A stretch of 64,000 nt of DNA, taken from an uncultured Planctomycetota bacterium (lineage in GTDB: Bacteria; Planctomycetota; UBA1135; UBA2386). The stretch is from NCBI GenBank assembly GCA_963823025.1, contig CAWGKH010000004.1, positions 9,253-73,252 of the forward strand, given 5' to 3'. Position numbers and translations under genes: made by a program. The notes beneath the pieces were generated by a model. That model was given only the letters and a program-made list of their open reading frames with translations. It made no database searches and had not been told where the DNA came from. Of this stretch, positions 1 to 7,806 are shown piece after piece; position 1 is the first letter of the stretch; each line of letters opens with the position of its first letter.

Positions 1-1176
1 CGGTCAGGCACGCGTTCGAGGATGCGGTGAGCGTCGTCACCGGCGGGCCGGGCGTCGGCAAGACGACGATCGTGCGCGCGATCGCGGCGATCTGCGCGGG
101 GAAGGGACTGCGGCTCCGGCTCGCGGCACCGACCGGACGCGCGGCGAAGCGGCTCGAGGAATCGACCGATCACGGCGCTTCGACGATCCATCGACTGCTC
201 GAGTACCCAGGCCGGCATCGGGCTGTTCCTCCGCGATCCGGACCATCCGCTCGAGGGCGACGTTCTCGTCGTCGACGAGACGTCGATGCTCGACGTGCGA
301 CTGGCCTACGACCTGCTGCGCGCAGTGCCGCCGGGACTCCGCCTCGTGCTGGTCGGCGACGTCGATCAACTGCCGGCGGTCGGCCCCGGCCAGGTCCTGG
401 GCGACGTCATCGAGTCGGGGCTCGTGCCGGTGACCCGGCTGACGCGCATCTTCCGGCAGGAGGGCGGTTCGGCGATCGTCCAAGCCGCGCACGCGATCCG
501 TTCCGGGGAGGTCCCGGTCAGCGCCGGCGAGGGCGGCGACTTCTTCGTCATCGAATCGCCGAGTGGCGCGCACGCACGGTCGGTGGTGCGCACGCTCGTG
601 ACCGAGCGCATCCCGAAGGCGTTCGGCCTCGACCCGGTGCGCGACGTGCAGGTGCTGTGTCCGATGTACCGTGGCGATGCCGGCGCCGACGCGATCAACG
701 ACGACCTGCAGGCGGCGCTGAACCCCGAGGGGGACGAGCACGAGCGCGGCGGCAAGCGCTACCGGGTCGGCGACAAGGTCCTGCAGGTGCGCAACGACTA
801 CGACCTCGACGTGTTCAACGGCGACGTCGGCCGCGTGACCGCGATCCACCGCGGAGCGCAGGCGCTGCGCGTGCGCTTCGACCAGCGCGAGATCGAGTAC
901 CCGTTCGCCGACCTCGATCAGCTCGTCCCCGGCTACGCGATCACCGTGCATCGCGCGCAGGGCAGCGAGTATCCGGCGGTCGTGCTCCCGCTCGTGACCG
1001 AGCACTACGTGATGTTGCGCCGCAACCTGCTCTACACCGCCGTGACCCGGGCGAAGCGCCTGTGCGTCTTGGTCGGCCCGGCGAAGGCGCTGGCGCTGGC
1101 GGTGCGGAACGCCGACGAAGCGCGGCGGCACACGGGGCTGGCGGGGCGGTTGCGGGGTGGAGGATCCGTGCGGTGA
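1..1176 (+). CDS. recD2: RecD2-like SF1 DNA helicase, 5'-truncated by the window edge, one frame break near nt 200-212
   Basis: Frame 3 from nt 3 reads [12 protein letters not shown] (Walker A) ... STIHRLLEY. Frame 1 continues [18 protein letters not shown] (motif II), [30 protein letters not shown] and [11 protein letters not shown]. The two halves lie in different frames. Confidence 0.85.
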
Positions 1177-1281
1177 CCCTGCGATCCGTCGTGCGGCCCG
1201 CTCGCCTCGCCGGTCATCCGCGGCTCCGCCCGATGAACAGACGCGCCCCCGCGTCGCTCGGCGACCTCGAGCCGTCGTGGA

Positions 1282-1755
1282 TCAGAACCCCGGCGGTGCC
1301 TCGAACGGCACCGAGACGAATCCGTAGGGCTCGTCCCAGCTCACGGGGACGTCGACCAGGACCGACGTGAATCCCGGTGCGCTGATCTCGACTCGGACGA
1401 CCGCCTCGTCGGCGTCGTAGTCGGGGCCGAGGACCGCGCGGCCGTCGACGTCCTCGGCGAAGCCGACCTCGGCGGCAGCCAGGTAGAACGGCGAGAAGTA
1501 GACGAGGCCGTAGCTGTCGGTGAGCTGGTACTGCACGTCCGGACTCTCGCAGACGCAGTCCGACCACTCGTTCCAGGCGGACACCACGCGCACGCCGACG
1601 TTCTCCCAGACGCCGTTGGTGACCGGGTCGTAGACCTCGATCTCGACCTCGGCGGGGACCGGCGACGGCGGCGGGGCGACGACCACCGTGTTGTTCTCGG
1701 TGCACGCGGGGAGCGCGAGCAGGGTGAGGGCGGCGGAGGCGAGGAGTCGGCGCAT
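1282..1755 (-). CDS. Hypothetical lipoprotein
   Basis: 157-aa ORF with signal peptide and lipobox (LTLLALPAC). Normal amino-acid composition, unlike the Arg-rich overlapping ORFs. Confidence 0.6.
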   Translation of the reverse strand: MRRLLASAALTLLALPACTENNTVVVAPPPSPVPAEVEIEVYDPVTNGVWENVGVRVVSAWNEWSDCVCESPDVQYQLTDSYGLVYFSPFYLAAAEVGFAEDVDGRAVLGPDYDADEAVVRVEISAPGFTSVLVDVPVSWDEPYGFVSVPFEAPPGF

Positions 1756-1993
1756 GGGTGAACCGAGTCAAACGGCGTGCCAGCGGGTGGGATCGCGCGG
1801 GGGGCGCGGTGGGAGCGGGGAATGCGGGCGAGCCGGCGCCGGTGGGGCTGCCCGGGATGTCGCGTGAGGGCGACACGCGTGTCCGGGGCGGCGGCACGGG
1901 CGCGGCGCGGGCCGACGCGGTCGGGCCGATCTCCTCGGTCGCCCCGTGCGGCTCGCCGCCACAATGGCGCGCCACCCCGACCGAGGCCCCGCG

Positions 1994-2545
1994 ATGTCCA
2001 TGCTCTTCCTCTCCCGCTCCCTCTGTCTCCCTGCGCTCGCCCTGCTCGTGGGCTTCACCGCCGGCGCGCGCCAGCTCGCGGACGCCGAGCCGGCGCCGAA
2101 GGCGTTCGCGCCAGGCGGCTACGAGTTCGACCTCGAGGTGACGGTGCCGGTCAAGGCCGACGCTGCGTGGGACGCGTTCACCGGCGACGTTTCCGCGTGG
2201 TGGGACCACCACTTCGCCAAGTCCCCGAAGTCGCTGGTCATCGCGCGGAAGCCCGGCGGGTCGTTCCTCGAGATCTTCGACGACGACGGTCAAGGCGTCG
2301 AACACGCCCGCGTGACGCACGCGATTCGCGGGGAGCTCCTGCGCCTGGTCGGGCCGTTCGGCCTGGTCGGACACGGGGTCGAGATCGACACGACCTTGCG
2401 GTTCCTCGGCGACGGCGACCAGACGCAGGTGCGCCTCGTCACGTACGTCACCGGCAAGGTCGATCAGGACATCGCCAAGACCGTCGAGCAGGTCTGGCGA
2501 CACTTCCTGATCGATCAGTACGCCGCGCACGTGCGCGGTGGCTGA
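1994..2545 (+). CDS. SRPBCC / AHSA1-like domain protein, secreted
   Basis: MSMLFLSRSLCLPALALLVGF signal-like N-terminus, then an Aha1/SRPBCC-like pattern (DAAWDAFTGDVSAWW ... QTQVRLVTYVTG). I chose the internal ATG at 1994; the ORF opens at 1946. Confidence 0.6.
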   Translation: MSMLFLSRSLCLPALALLVGFTAGARQLADAEPAPKAFAPGGYEFDLEVTVPVKADAAWDAFTGDVSAWWDHHFAKSPKSLVIARKPGGSFLEIFDDDGQGVEHARVTHAIRGELLRLVGPFGLVGHGVEIDTTLRFLGDGDQTQVRLVTYVTGKVDQDIAKTVEQVWRHFLIDQYAAHVRGG

Positions 2546-2546
2546 C

Positions 2547-3098
2547 TCAGCGCTTGCCGCGCCGCAGCACGTACCGGCGACCGGCGAGCCGGCCTTGCTC
2601 CGGTGTGCCGGCCGAGGCGTGGCGCGGAGCCGGCCCTTCGTCGACGAAGCCGAGGTTCTGCGCGACGCGGACCGACGCAGCGTTCTCCGGAGCGACGAAC
2701 GCGACGAGCTTCGCGACACGCGTGTGGGCGAACACGTGGTCGGCGATCGCCCGCAGCGCCTCGGTCGCGACCCCGCGGCCCTGGTGTTCGGGGAGCACCG
2801 TGAAGTAGACCTCGACGCCACCCTCGTCCGCGAGTGGCTGCAGGCCGCAGGAGCCCAGATACGCGTCGCTGTCGGGATCGGCGATCGTCATCGAGAACAC
2901 CGCGTCCTTCCCGTCGTACGACTCGATCACGTAGTCGAGGATCTGCTTCGCGCCGGCGCGCGTGCGCTGCTCCGCCGGGAACGGGATGAACCGCGTCGCC
3001 TCGTCGTCGGCCAGGAACCGCGCGAACGCGTCCAGGTCGTCGTCGCGGTGACGGCGAAGGCGCAGGTTCTCGGTCCGGATCTCGCGGGGGACCTTCAT
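2547..3098 (-). CDS. GNAT N-acetyltransferase, RimJ/RimL-like
   Basis: MKVPREIRTENLRLRR ... FTVLPEHQGRGVATEAL (Q/RxxGxG/A acetyl-CoA motif). The ATG at 3096-3098 overlaps the upstream stop (ATGA). Confidence 0.8.
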   Translation of the reverse strand: MKVPREIRTENLRLRRHRDDDLDAFARFLADDEATRFIPFPAEQRTRAGAKQILDYVIESYDGKDAVFSMTIADPDSDAYLGSCGLQPLADEGGVEVYFTVLPEHQGRGVATEALRAIADHVFAHTRVAKLVAFVAPENAASVRVAQNLGFVDEGPAPRHASAGTPEQGRLAGRRYVLRRGKR

Positions 3099-3601
3099 CG
3101 TGCGTCGGCGATCGACCGGGCGTAGATGCGCTTCGAATCGCCCGGCCCGTAGAAGTCGCGCAGCTCGGCCTCGAGCTGGTAACCGCAGCGCTCGTAGAAC
3201 GCGCGCGTCGGCGCGTATTGGGCCCGCCCGGACGTCTCGACCCAGATGCGCCCGCCACCGCGTGCGGCGATCCGCGCTTCGGTCTCGTGGAGCAGGTTTC
3301 GCCCGATGCCCTGCCCGCGCAGCTCGTCGCTTACGGCGATCCAGTAGAGGTCGTAGCTGTCGCGTGTGCCGTCGACGTGACCCCAGCACGAGTACCCGAG
3401 CAGCGCGTCCCCGCGATCCGCGAACAGGAACTCGTAGCCGCTCGCCGGGCCCTTCGCGAGGCGCGCCTCGACGAGCTCCGCGGCGATCCGCACCTCGTCG
3501 TCGTTGAAGTAGCCGGTGCGGCGCACGAGGTCGCGCACCGCTGCGACGTCGGACGGGCGCACTGCCTCGCGCAGGACGAACTCGGGAACCGCCTCGCTCA
3601 T
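3095..3601 (-). CDS. GNAT family N-acetyltransferase
   Basis: 168 aa; WIAVSDELRGQGIGRNLL acetyl-CoA motif and FYERCGY tail. ATGA overlaps at both ends (3598-3601 and 3095-3098). Confidence 0.8.
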   Translation of the reverse strand: MSEAVPEFVLREAVRPSDVAAVRDLVRRTGYFNDDEVRIAAELVEARLAKGPASGYEFLFADRGDALLGYSCWGHVDGTRDSYDLYWIAVSDELRGQGIGRNLLHETEARIAARGGGRIWVETSGRAQYAPTRAFYERCGYQLEAELRDFYGPGDSKRIYARSIADAR

Positions 3602-5331
3602 CGGTCACCTCCGGACACGAGCCCAGCGAAGAACGCCCGCGCATTCTGCCCGAGCGAGGTCGTCCGGTAACCACCCTCCTGGACGACCAGCGCCGGAACC
3701 CGGAGCGCGCCGAGCAGCTGCCCGTTGTTCTCGAAGTCCGCGCTCCTCAGCGACCAGGTCCCGGTCGGGTCCTTCTGGGCCGTGTCGAGGCCGAGCGCGA
3801 TCACCAGGAACCGCGGGCCGAACTCCTGCACCGCGCGCAGCGCCTTCTTCAGCTCCTTCCGATACCGCTCGCCGTCGACCTGCTCGGGCAGTGGGAAGTT
3901 GTGATTGCAGCCGAGACCGGGCCCGGCGCCGTGCTCCTCGGCGAACCCCGAGAAGAACGGATACGCGAATCGCGGATGGCCGTGCAGCGACACGGTCAGG
4001 ACGTCGTCGCGCTCGTAGAAGATGTCCTGCTGCCCGTTTCCGTGGTGGTAGTCGACGTCGACGATCGCCACCCTGCCGTGGGCGCTGAGATAGTGCGCGG
4101 CGATCGCGGCGTTGTTGAAGTAGCAGAAGCCACCGAACACCTTTCGCTCGGCGTGGTGCCCGGGCGGACGCACCAGCGCGTAGGCGACGCGCTGGCCGTT
4201 CAACACGGCATCGGCCGCGGTCAGCGCGCAATCGACGCCGCGACGTGCCGCCTTCCACGCGTTGCGATTCAGCGGCGTGAACGTGTCGATGCACCAGTAG
4301 CCCGCGGCGTACGCGAGATCCTCCGGGGGCCTCGCCTGGTTGCGCACCGGGAACACGTACGGATAGATCGACTTGCCGGCTTCGACCGTCTCGCACGCCG
4401 CCTTCACGTAGCGAAACAGGCCTTTGTCGTGCACGGCGAGGACGTGAGCGTCGGGAAAGCTCTTCGGCTCGATGCGCCAGAACATCCCGCTGGGCTCGAT
4501 CGCCTTGAGGATCGAGCGCACGCGAGCCGGCGCTTCGACGTAGCCGCGTTCCCGGACGTGGTGGATGTCGTGCTCGGTGTTGACGACCAGGGCGATCAGC
4601 CGTTCGCCGGTCAGCTGGTTCCGCGGCGGCTTGGGCTTCCGGTGATAGCGCGGCTCGCGCAGCCGCACCGGATCGTCCTGGAACGACTCGACGACGCGCT
4701 CGACGTACGCCGGCGGACACAGCGCCGCGTACTTGCGCTCGAGGATCGCGCGCACGACCAGCCGCGCATCGTCGCGCCGGAGCGGTGCCTCCCGGTCGAG
4801 CCCGTCCCACACCAGGTGCGGCATGTCGAGCTGTCCCGCGCTCAGCGGCAGCTCGTAGTCGGTGCCCGCGATCGGGCGTGCCCCCCAGCGCTCGTAGAAC
4901 GCGAGGCGCTTCTGGTTCGGCTCGACGAAGCTCGGGTCGCTGACGGCCTCGGGCTCGTCGGGCAGACACTCGTAGAACAGCCCGAGCGGCGCGATCGCCC
5001 GCGCGGCCTCGCGGATGCGCTCGTAGAGGGCGCCGCCGACGCCGTGGCCCGACAGTCCGCTGGCCGCCGCGACGTAGTCGAGCAGGCAGAAGCCGATGTC
5101 GGGAGCGTGCGAGAGCAGTGCGAAGCCCTTGTGGCGACCACGCAGGTCGTCGGCCACGAACAGCAGCGCCCGGAACCGATGCGCGAGCGGGTCGCGGAGG
5201 CGGTCGGGGAGCTCGTCGATCTCCTCGGTGGGGATCCCCGGCAGGCGCTCCTTCAGGATGCGCTGCACGGTCGCGATCTCCCGGCGATCGGCCGGGAGCG
5301 ACGAGTCGGTGACCTCGCGGATTCGGAACAT
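3598..5331 (-). CDS. Fusion protein: N-terminal GNAT-like domain plus C-terminal histone-deacetylase-family (acetylpolyamine/acetoin-type) amidohydrolase
   Basis: Start MFRIREV at 5331. The N-terminal ~200 aa carry GLSGHGVGGALYERI (GNAT-like). The C-terminal half has RPPGHHA, DVDYHHGNGQQ (Zn ligands) and QEGGY, the HDAC class signatures. Confidence 0.8.
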   Translation of the reverse strand: MFRIREVTDSSLPADRREIATVQRILKERLPGIPTEEIDELPDRLRDPLAHRFRALLFVADDLRGRHKGFALLSHAPDIGFCLLDYVAAASGLSGHGVGGALYERIREAARAIAPLGLFYECLPDEPEAVSDPSFVEPNQKRLAFYERWGARPIAGTDYELPLSAGQLDMPHLVWDGLDREAPLRRDDARLVVRAILERKYAALCPPAYVERVVESFQDDPVRLREPRYHRKPKPPRNQLTGERLIALVVNTEHDIHHVRERGYVEAPARVRSILKAIEPSGMFWRIEPKSFPDAHVLAVHDKGLFRYVKAACETVEAGKSIYPYVFPVRNQARPPEDLAYAAGYWCIDTFTPLNRNAWKAARRGVDCALTAADAVLNGQRVAYALVRPPGHHAERKVFGGFCYFNNAAIAAHYLSAHGRVAIVDVDYHHGNGQQDIFYERDDVLTVSLHGHPRFAYPFFSGFAEEHGAGPGLGCNHNFPLPEQVDGERYRKELKKALRAVQEFGPRFLVIALGLDTAQKDPTGTWSLRSADFENNGQLLGALRVPALVVQEGGYRTTSLGQNARAFFAGLVSGGDR

Positions 5332-5332
5332 C

Positions 5333-6307
5333 TCAGCGTGACGCGTCGGCGACGATGCGCGCGATCGCGTCCGGCAGCGTGAGTCCCGCTCGCTCCACCG
5401 CAGCCGCGAAACCGGCGTCCGGGGACAGGCAGGGGTTGGTGTTGACCTCCAGGATCCACGGCTTGCCCGCGGCGTCCACTCGAAAGTCCACCCGGGCCCA
5501 GCCGCGCAGACCGAAGGCGTGCCAGCACGCGAGCGCGAGCCGTTCGAGCTCCCGCAGCAGCGGTGCGTCCGTGGTTGCGAAGTCGAAGCGCCGCGGCGTC
5601 GTGTGGTACTCGCGGCTGTCCGTGTCCCACTTCGCACGCCAATCGACGATGCGCGGTCGGTCCGTGTCCCAGTCGATGAAGTCGATCTCCGCCGGCGGCA
5701 GGACCTCCGGTCCGTCCTCGCTCGCGAGCACCGAGAGATTGAACTCGCGACCGTCGACGTAGCGCTCCGCGAACGACTCGCCGCCGAGCTCGACGCGGCG
5801 GGCCGCGATCGCCGCGCGCAGCATCGCTTCGTCGGTGGCGTCCACGAGGGCGTCCGCGTCGAGACCCAGGGAGCCGTGCTCCCACACCGACTTGATCAGG
5901 TGCCGACCCGGGACCACGTCGGTGCTGCCGTGCGCCTCGCACCAGTCGGGGGTCGGCAGGCCGGCGCCGCGGAGCAGCCGCTTGGCGAGCACCTTGTTCG
6001 ACGTCGTGTAGATCGCGTCGGCCGGCGCGCCGGTGTAGGGCACGGCGAGCGCGTCGAGCAGGGCGGGCGCGAAGTGGATCAACCGGCCGGTGCGCGCGAT
6101 CGACTCGACGAGGTTGAACACGAGATCGGGAGACTCGCCGTTCACGGCGTGCACGAGCTTCTCCAGGTCGAGTCCACACGGCGCCGCGCTCACGACGTGG
6201 CCGAGTGTCCGCAGCGCGTCCGCGACCTCATCACGCTGGACCAGCACGTCCAGCTCGTCGGGACGCGCATCGGCGTCGACGTCGTCGTGGAGGATCAGGA
6301 CGCGCAT
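5333..6307 (-). CDS. D-Ala-D-Ala-ligase-like ATP-grasp enzyme
   Basis: MRVLILHDD ... HGSLGLD ... GWARVDFRVDAAGKPWILEVNTNPCLS, the Ddl-family ATP-grasp C-terminal pattern. The start overlaps the upstream gene by 13 nt. Confidence 0.75.
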   Translation of the reverse strand: MRVLILHDDVDADARPDELDVLVQRDEVADALRTLGHVVSAAPCGLDLEKLVHAVNGESPDLVFNLVESIARTGRLIHFAPALLDALAVPYTGAPADAIYTTSNKVLAKRLLRGAGLPTPDWCEAHGSTDVVPGRHLIKSVWEHGSLGLDADALVDATDEAMLRAAIAARRVELGGESFAERYVDGREFNLSVLASEDGPEVLPPAEIDFIDWDTDRPRIVDWRAKWDTDSREYHTTPRRFDFATTDAPLLRELERLALACWHAFGLRGWARVDFRVDAAGKPWILEVNTNPCLSPDAGFAAAVERAGLTLPDAIARIVADASR

Positions 6308-7290
6308 GGCTCGTTCGCGCGTGCGCGACGCTTCGCCGAGTCGAGGATCTGGCCGATCAGATCGCGGTACGCGATGCCCGCGAGGCCCGCCATGATCGGC
6401 AGGTCGGAGTGGGTGGGATGCAGGCCGGGCAGCGGGTTCAGCTCGAGCACCTCGAGTCGGCCACCGTCGGCCTGACGGACGTCGACGCGTCCGCCGTCGC
6501 GGCAGCCGATGCCGCGCCAGGCGGTCAGTGCCAGGGCTTCGGCCTCTCCGGCGAGCGGGCCGTGCGCGAGCCGGTACTCCACCAGCGACTCGCAGTCCTC
6601 CTTGTTGCGCTGCGTGTAGACGCCTGCATCCGCGCCGGCGAGCAGCACGACCTCGAGCACGGCGACGGCGCGCGCGTGCTCGCCGGTGCCGATCACGCCG
6701 ACCGTGAACTCGCGACCGGGCAGGAAGCGCTCGACGAGCACCGGCTGCCGATGGTTGGCGAGCAGCTTCGCGCAGATGCGTTCGAGACCGGCGCGGTCGT
6801 CGACCCGCGAATCGGCGTGCACGCCCTTGCTCGTGCCCTCGGCCACCGGCTTCGCGAACAGCGGGAACGGCAGCTCGACGCGTGCGGCGTCCGCGACGCG
6901 TTCGACGAGCGCGAACGCTGGCGTCGGCACACCCAGGTCCCTGAGCACGCGCTTCGCCATCGCCTTGTGGAGGGTCAGCGCGCAGACCAGCGGATCGGAG
7001 AACGTGTACGGGATGCCGTGGGCGTCGAGCAGCGCCGGGACCTGGGATTCGCGGCCGATCCCGTGCATCCCCTCGGCGATGTTCCACACGAGGTCCCAGC
7101 GGTCACCGGCGCAGAGCCGCGGCAGGAGCGCGTGCAGGTTGCCGATGCGATCCGGTGCGTGGCCGAGCTCGACGATCGCGCTCTCGATCGCGTCGACGGT
7201 CGCCGGGCTGTCGAATTCGGCGACCTCCTCGAGCGAATGACCGCGGGCGAGCCAGTCGTCGCGCAGGTCGTAGGTCAGTCCGATCTTCAT
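6295..7290 (-). CDS. D-Ala-D-Ala-ligase-like ATP-grasp enzyme (second, divergent copy)
   Basis: MKIGLTYDLRDD ... PLFAKPVAEGTSKGV ... VERFLPGREFTVGV ... GRVDVRQADGGRLEVLELNPLPGL. The ATG at 7288-7290 overlaps the stop of the YkgJ gene. Confidence 0.75.
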   Translation of the reverse strand: MKIGLTYDLRDDWLARGHSLEEVAEFDSPATVDAIESAIVELGHAPDRIGNLHALLPRLCAGDRWDLVWNIAEGMHGIGRESQVPALLDAHGIPYTFSDPLVCALTLHKAMAKRVLRDLGVPTPAFALVERVADAARVELPFPLFAKPVAEGTSKGVHADSRVDDRAGLERICAKLLANHRQPVLVERFLPGREFTVGVIGTGEHARAVAVLEVVLLAGADAGVYTQRNKEDCESLVEYRLAHGPLAGEAEALALTAWRGIGCRDGGRVDVRQADGGRLEVLELNPLPGLHPTHSDLPIMAGLAGIAYRDLIGQILDSAKRRARANEPCAS

Positions 7291-7802
7291 GCCGCGCCTC
7301 CGATCGTGCCGGCGTCGGCGTGCAACTCCGCGTAGAGGCGCGTCCGCCAGCGGTCGGCGTCCGCCTGCGCCATCGCGAGCACGGCGAGCATCGACGTCGA
7401 TGCGCCGCCGAACAGCGCGATGGGGCAGTAGTCGGGGTCCTCGCCGTCGAGTCCGGCTGCGGTGTAGGTCCACGGATAGAGGCGGCAGACGAGCGGCCGC
7501 ACCGATTCCGGAAGCGTGCAACCTGCCGCGCCGAGGAACGTGCAGTCGCCGTCGTCCCGCCGGCGGAGCATGTGCCGCCGGCCGTCGGCGCAAACGGTGA
7601 GCGCTCGCCATTCCGGATCCCGCGGGTCGTGCTCGACATACGCGGGATCGGTTGGGACGCGCCGCTCGTGGAAGTCGTCGCGACCTCCGAGGTGCGCGCG
7701 GATGCGTTCGACGTCGCCGCCGGTCACGAGGATCTCCGCGCGCTGGCAGCACGTCCGCTGCACGCGGGCGCACCGCGCGCAGGGGTGGAGTTCGTCGGTC
7801 AT
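7287..7802 (-). CDS. YkgJ-family (CxxCxxCC) zinc/iron-chelating cysteine-cluster protein
   Basis: 171 aa; N-terminal CARCARVQRTCC plus further Cys (DCTF, GCTLPESVRPLVCRLYP), typical of the UPF0153/PF03692-like family. Confidence 0.65.
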   Translation of the reverse strand: MTDELHPCARCARVQRTCCQRAEILVTGGDVERIRAHLGGRDDFHERRVPTDPAYVEHDPRDPEWRALTVCADGRRHMLRRRDDGDCTFLGAAGCTLPESVRPLVCRLYPWTYTAAGLDGEDPDYCPIALFGGASTSMLAVLAMAQADADRWRTRLYAELHADAGTIGGAA

Positions 7803-7806
7803 CGGA

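Noticed and set aside
27-1370. 447-aa ORF that would replace the RecD-like gene
   Set aside because: Only its first ~60 codons (Walker A to STIHRLLEY) are helicase-like. The rest is Arg-rich nonsense, and the helicase continues in the 286-1176 frame.
1214-2821. 535-aa minus-strand ORF overlapping the lipoprotein and SRPBCC genes. Similar very long ORFs include 33837-36704 (+), 52126-55038 (-), 35918-37891 (-), 9484-11406 (+) and 59010-61283 (+).
   Set aside because: Their extreme Arg/Pro/Ala/Gly composition, with no recognisable motifs, is the usual shadow-ORF artefact of a ~70% GC genome. Each overlaps a well-supported gene in another frame or strand.
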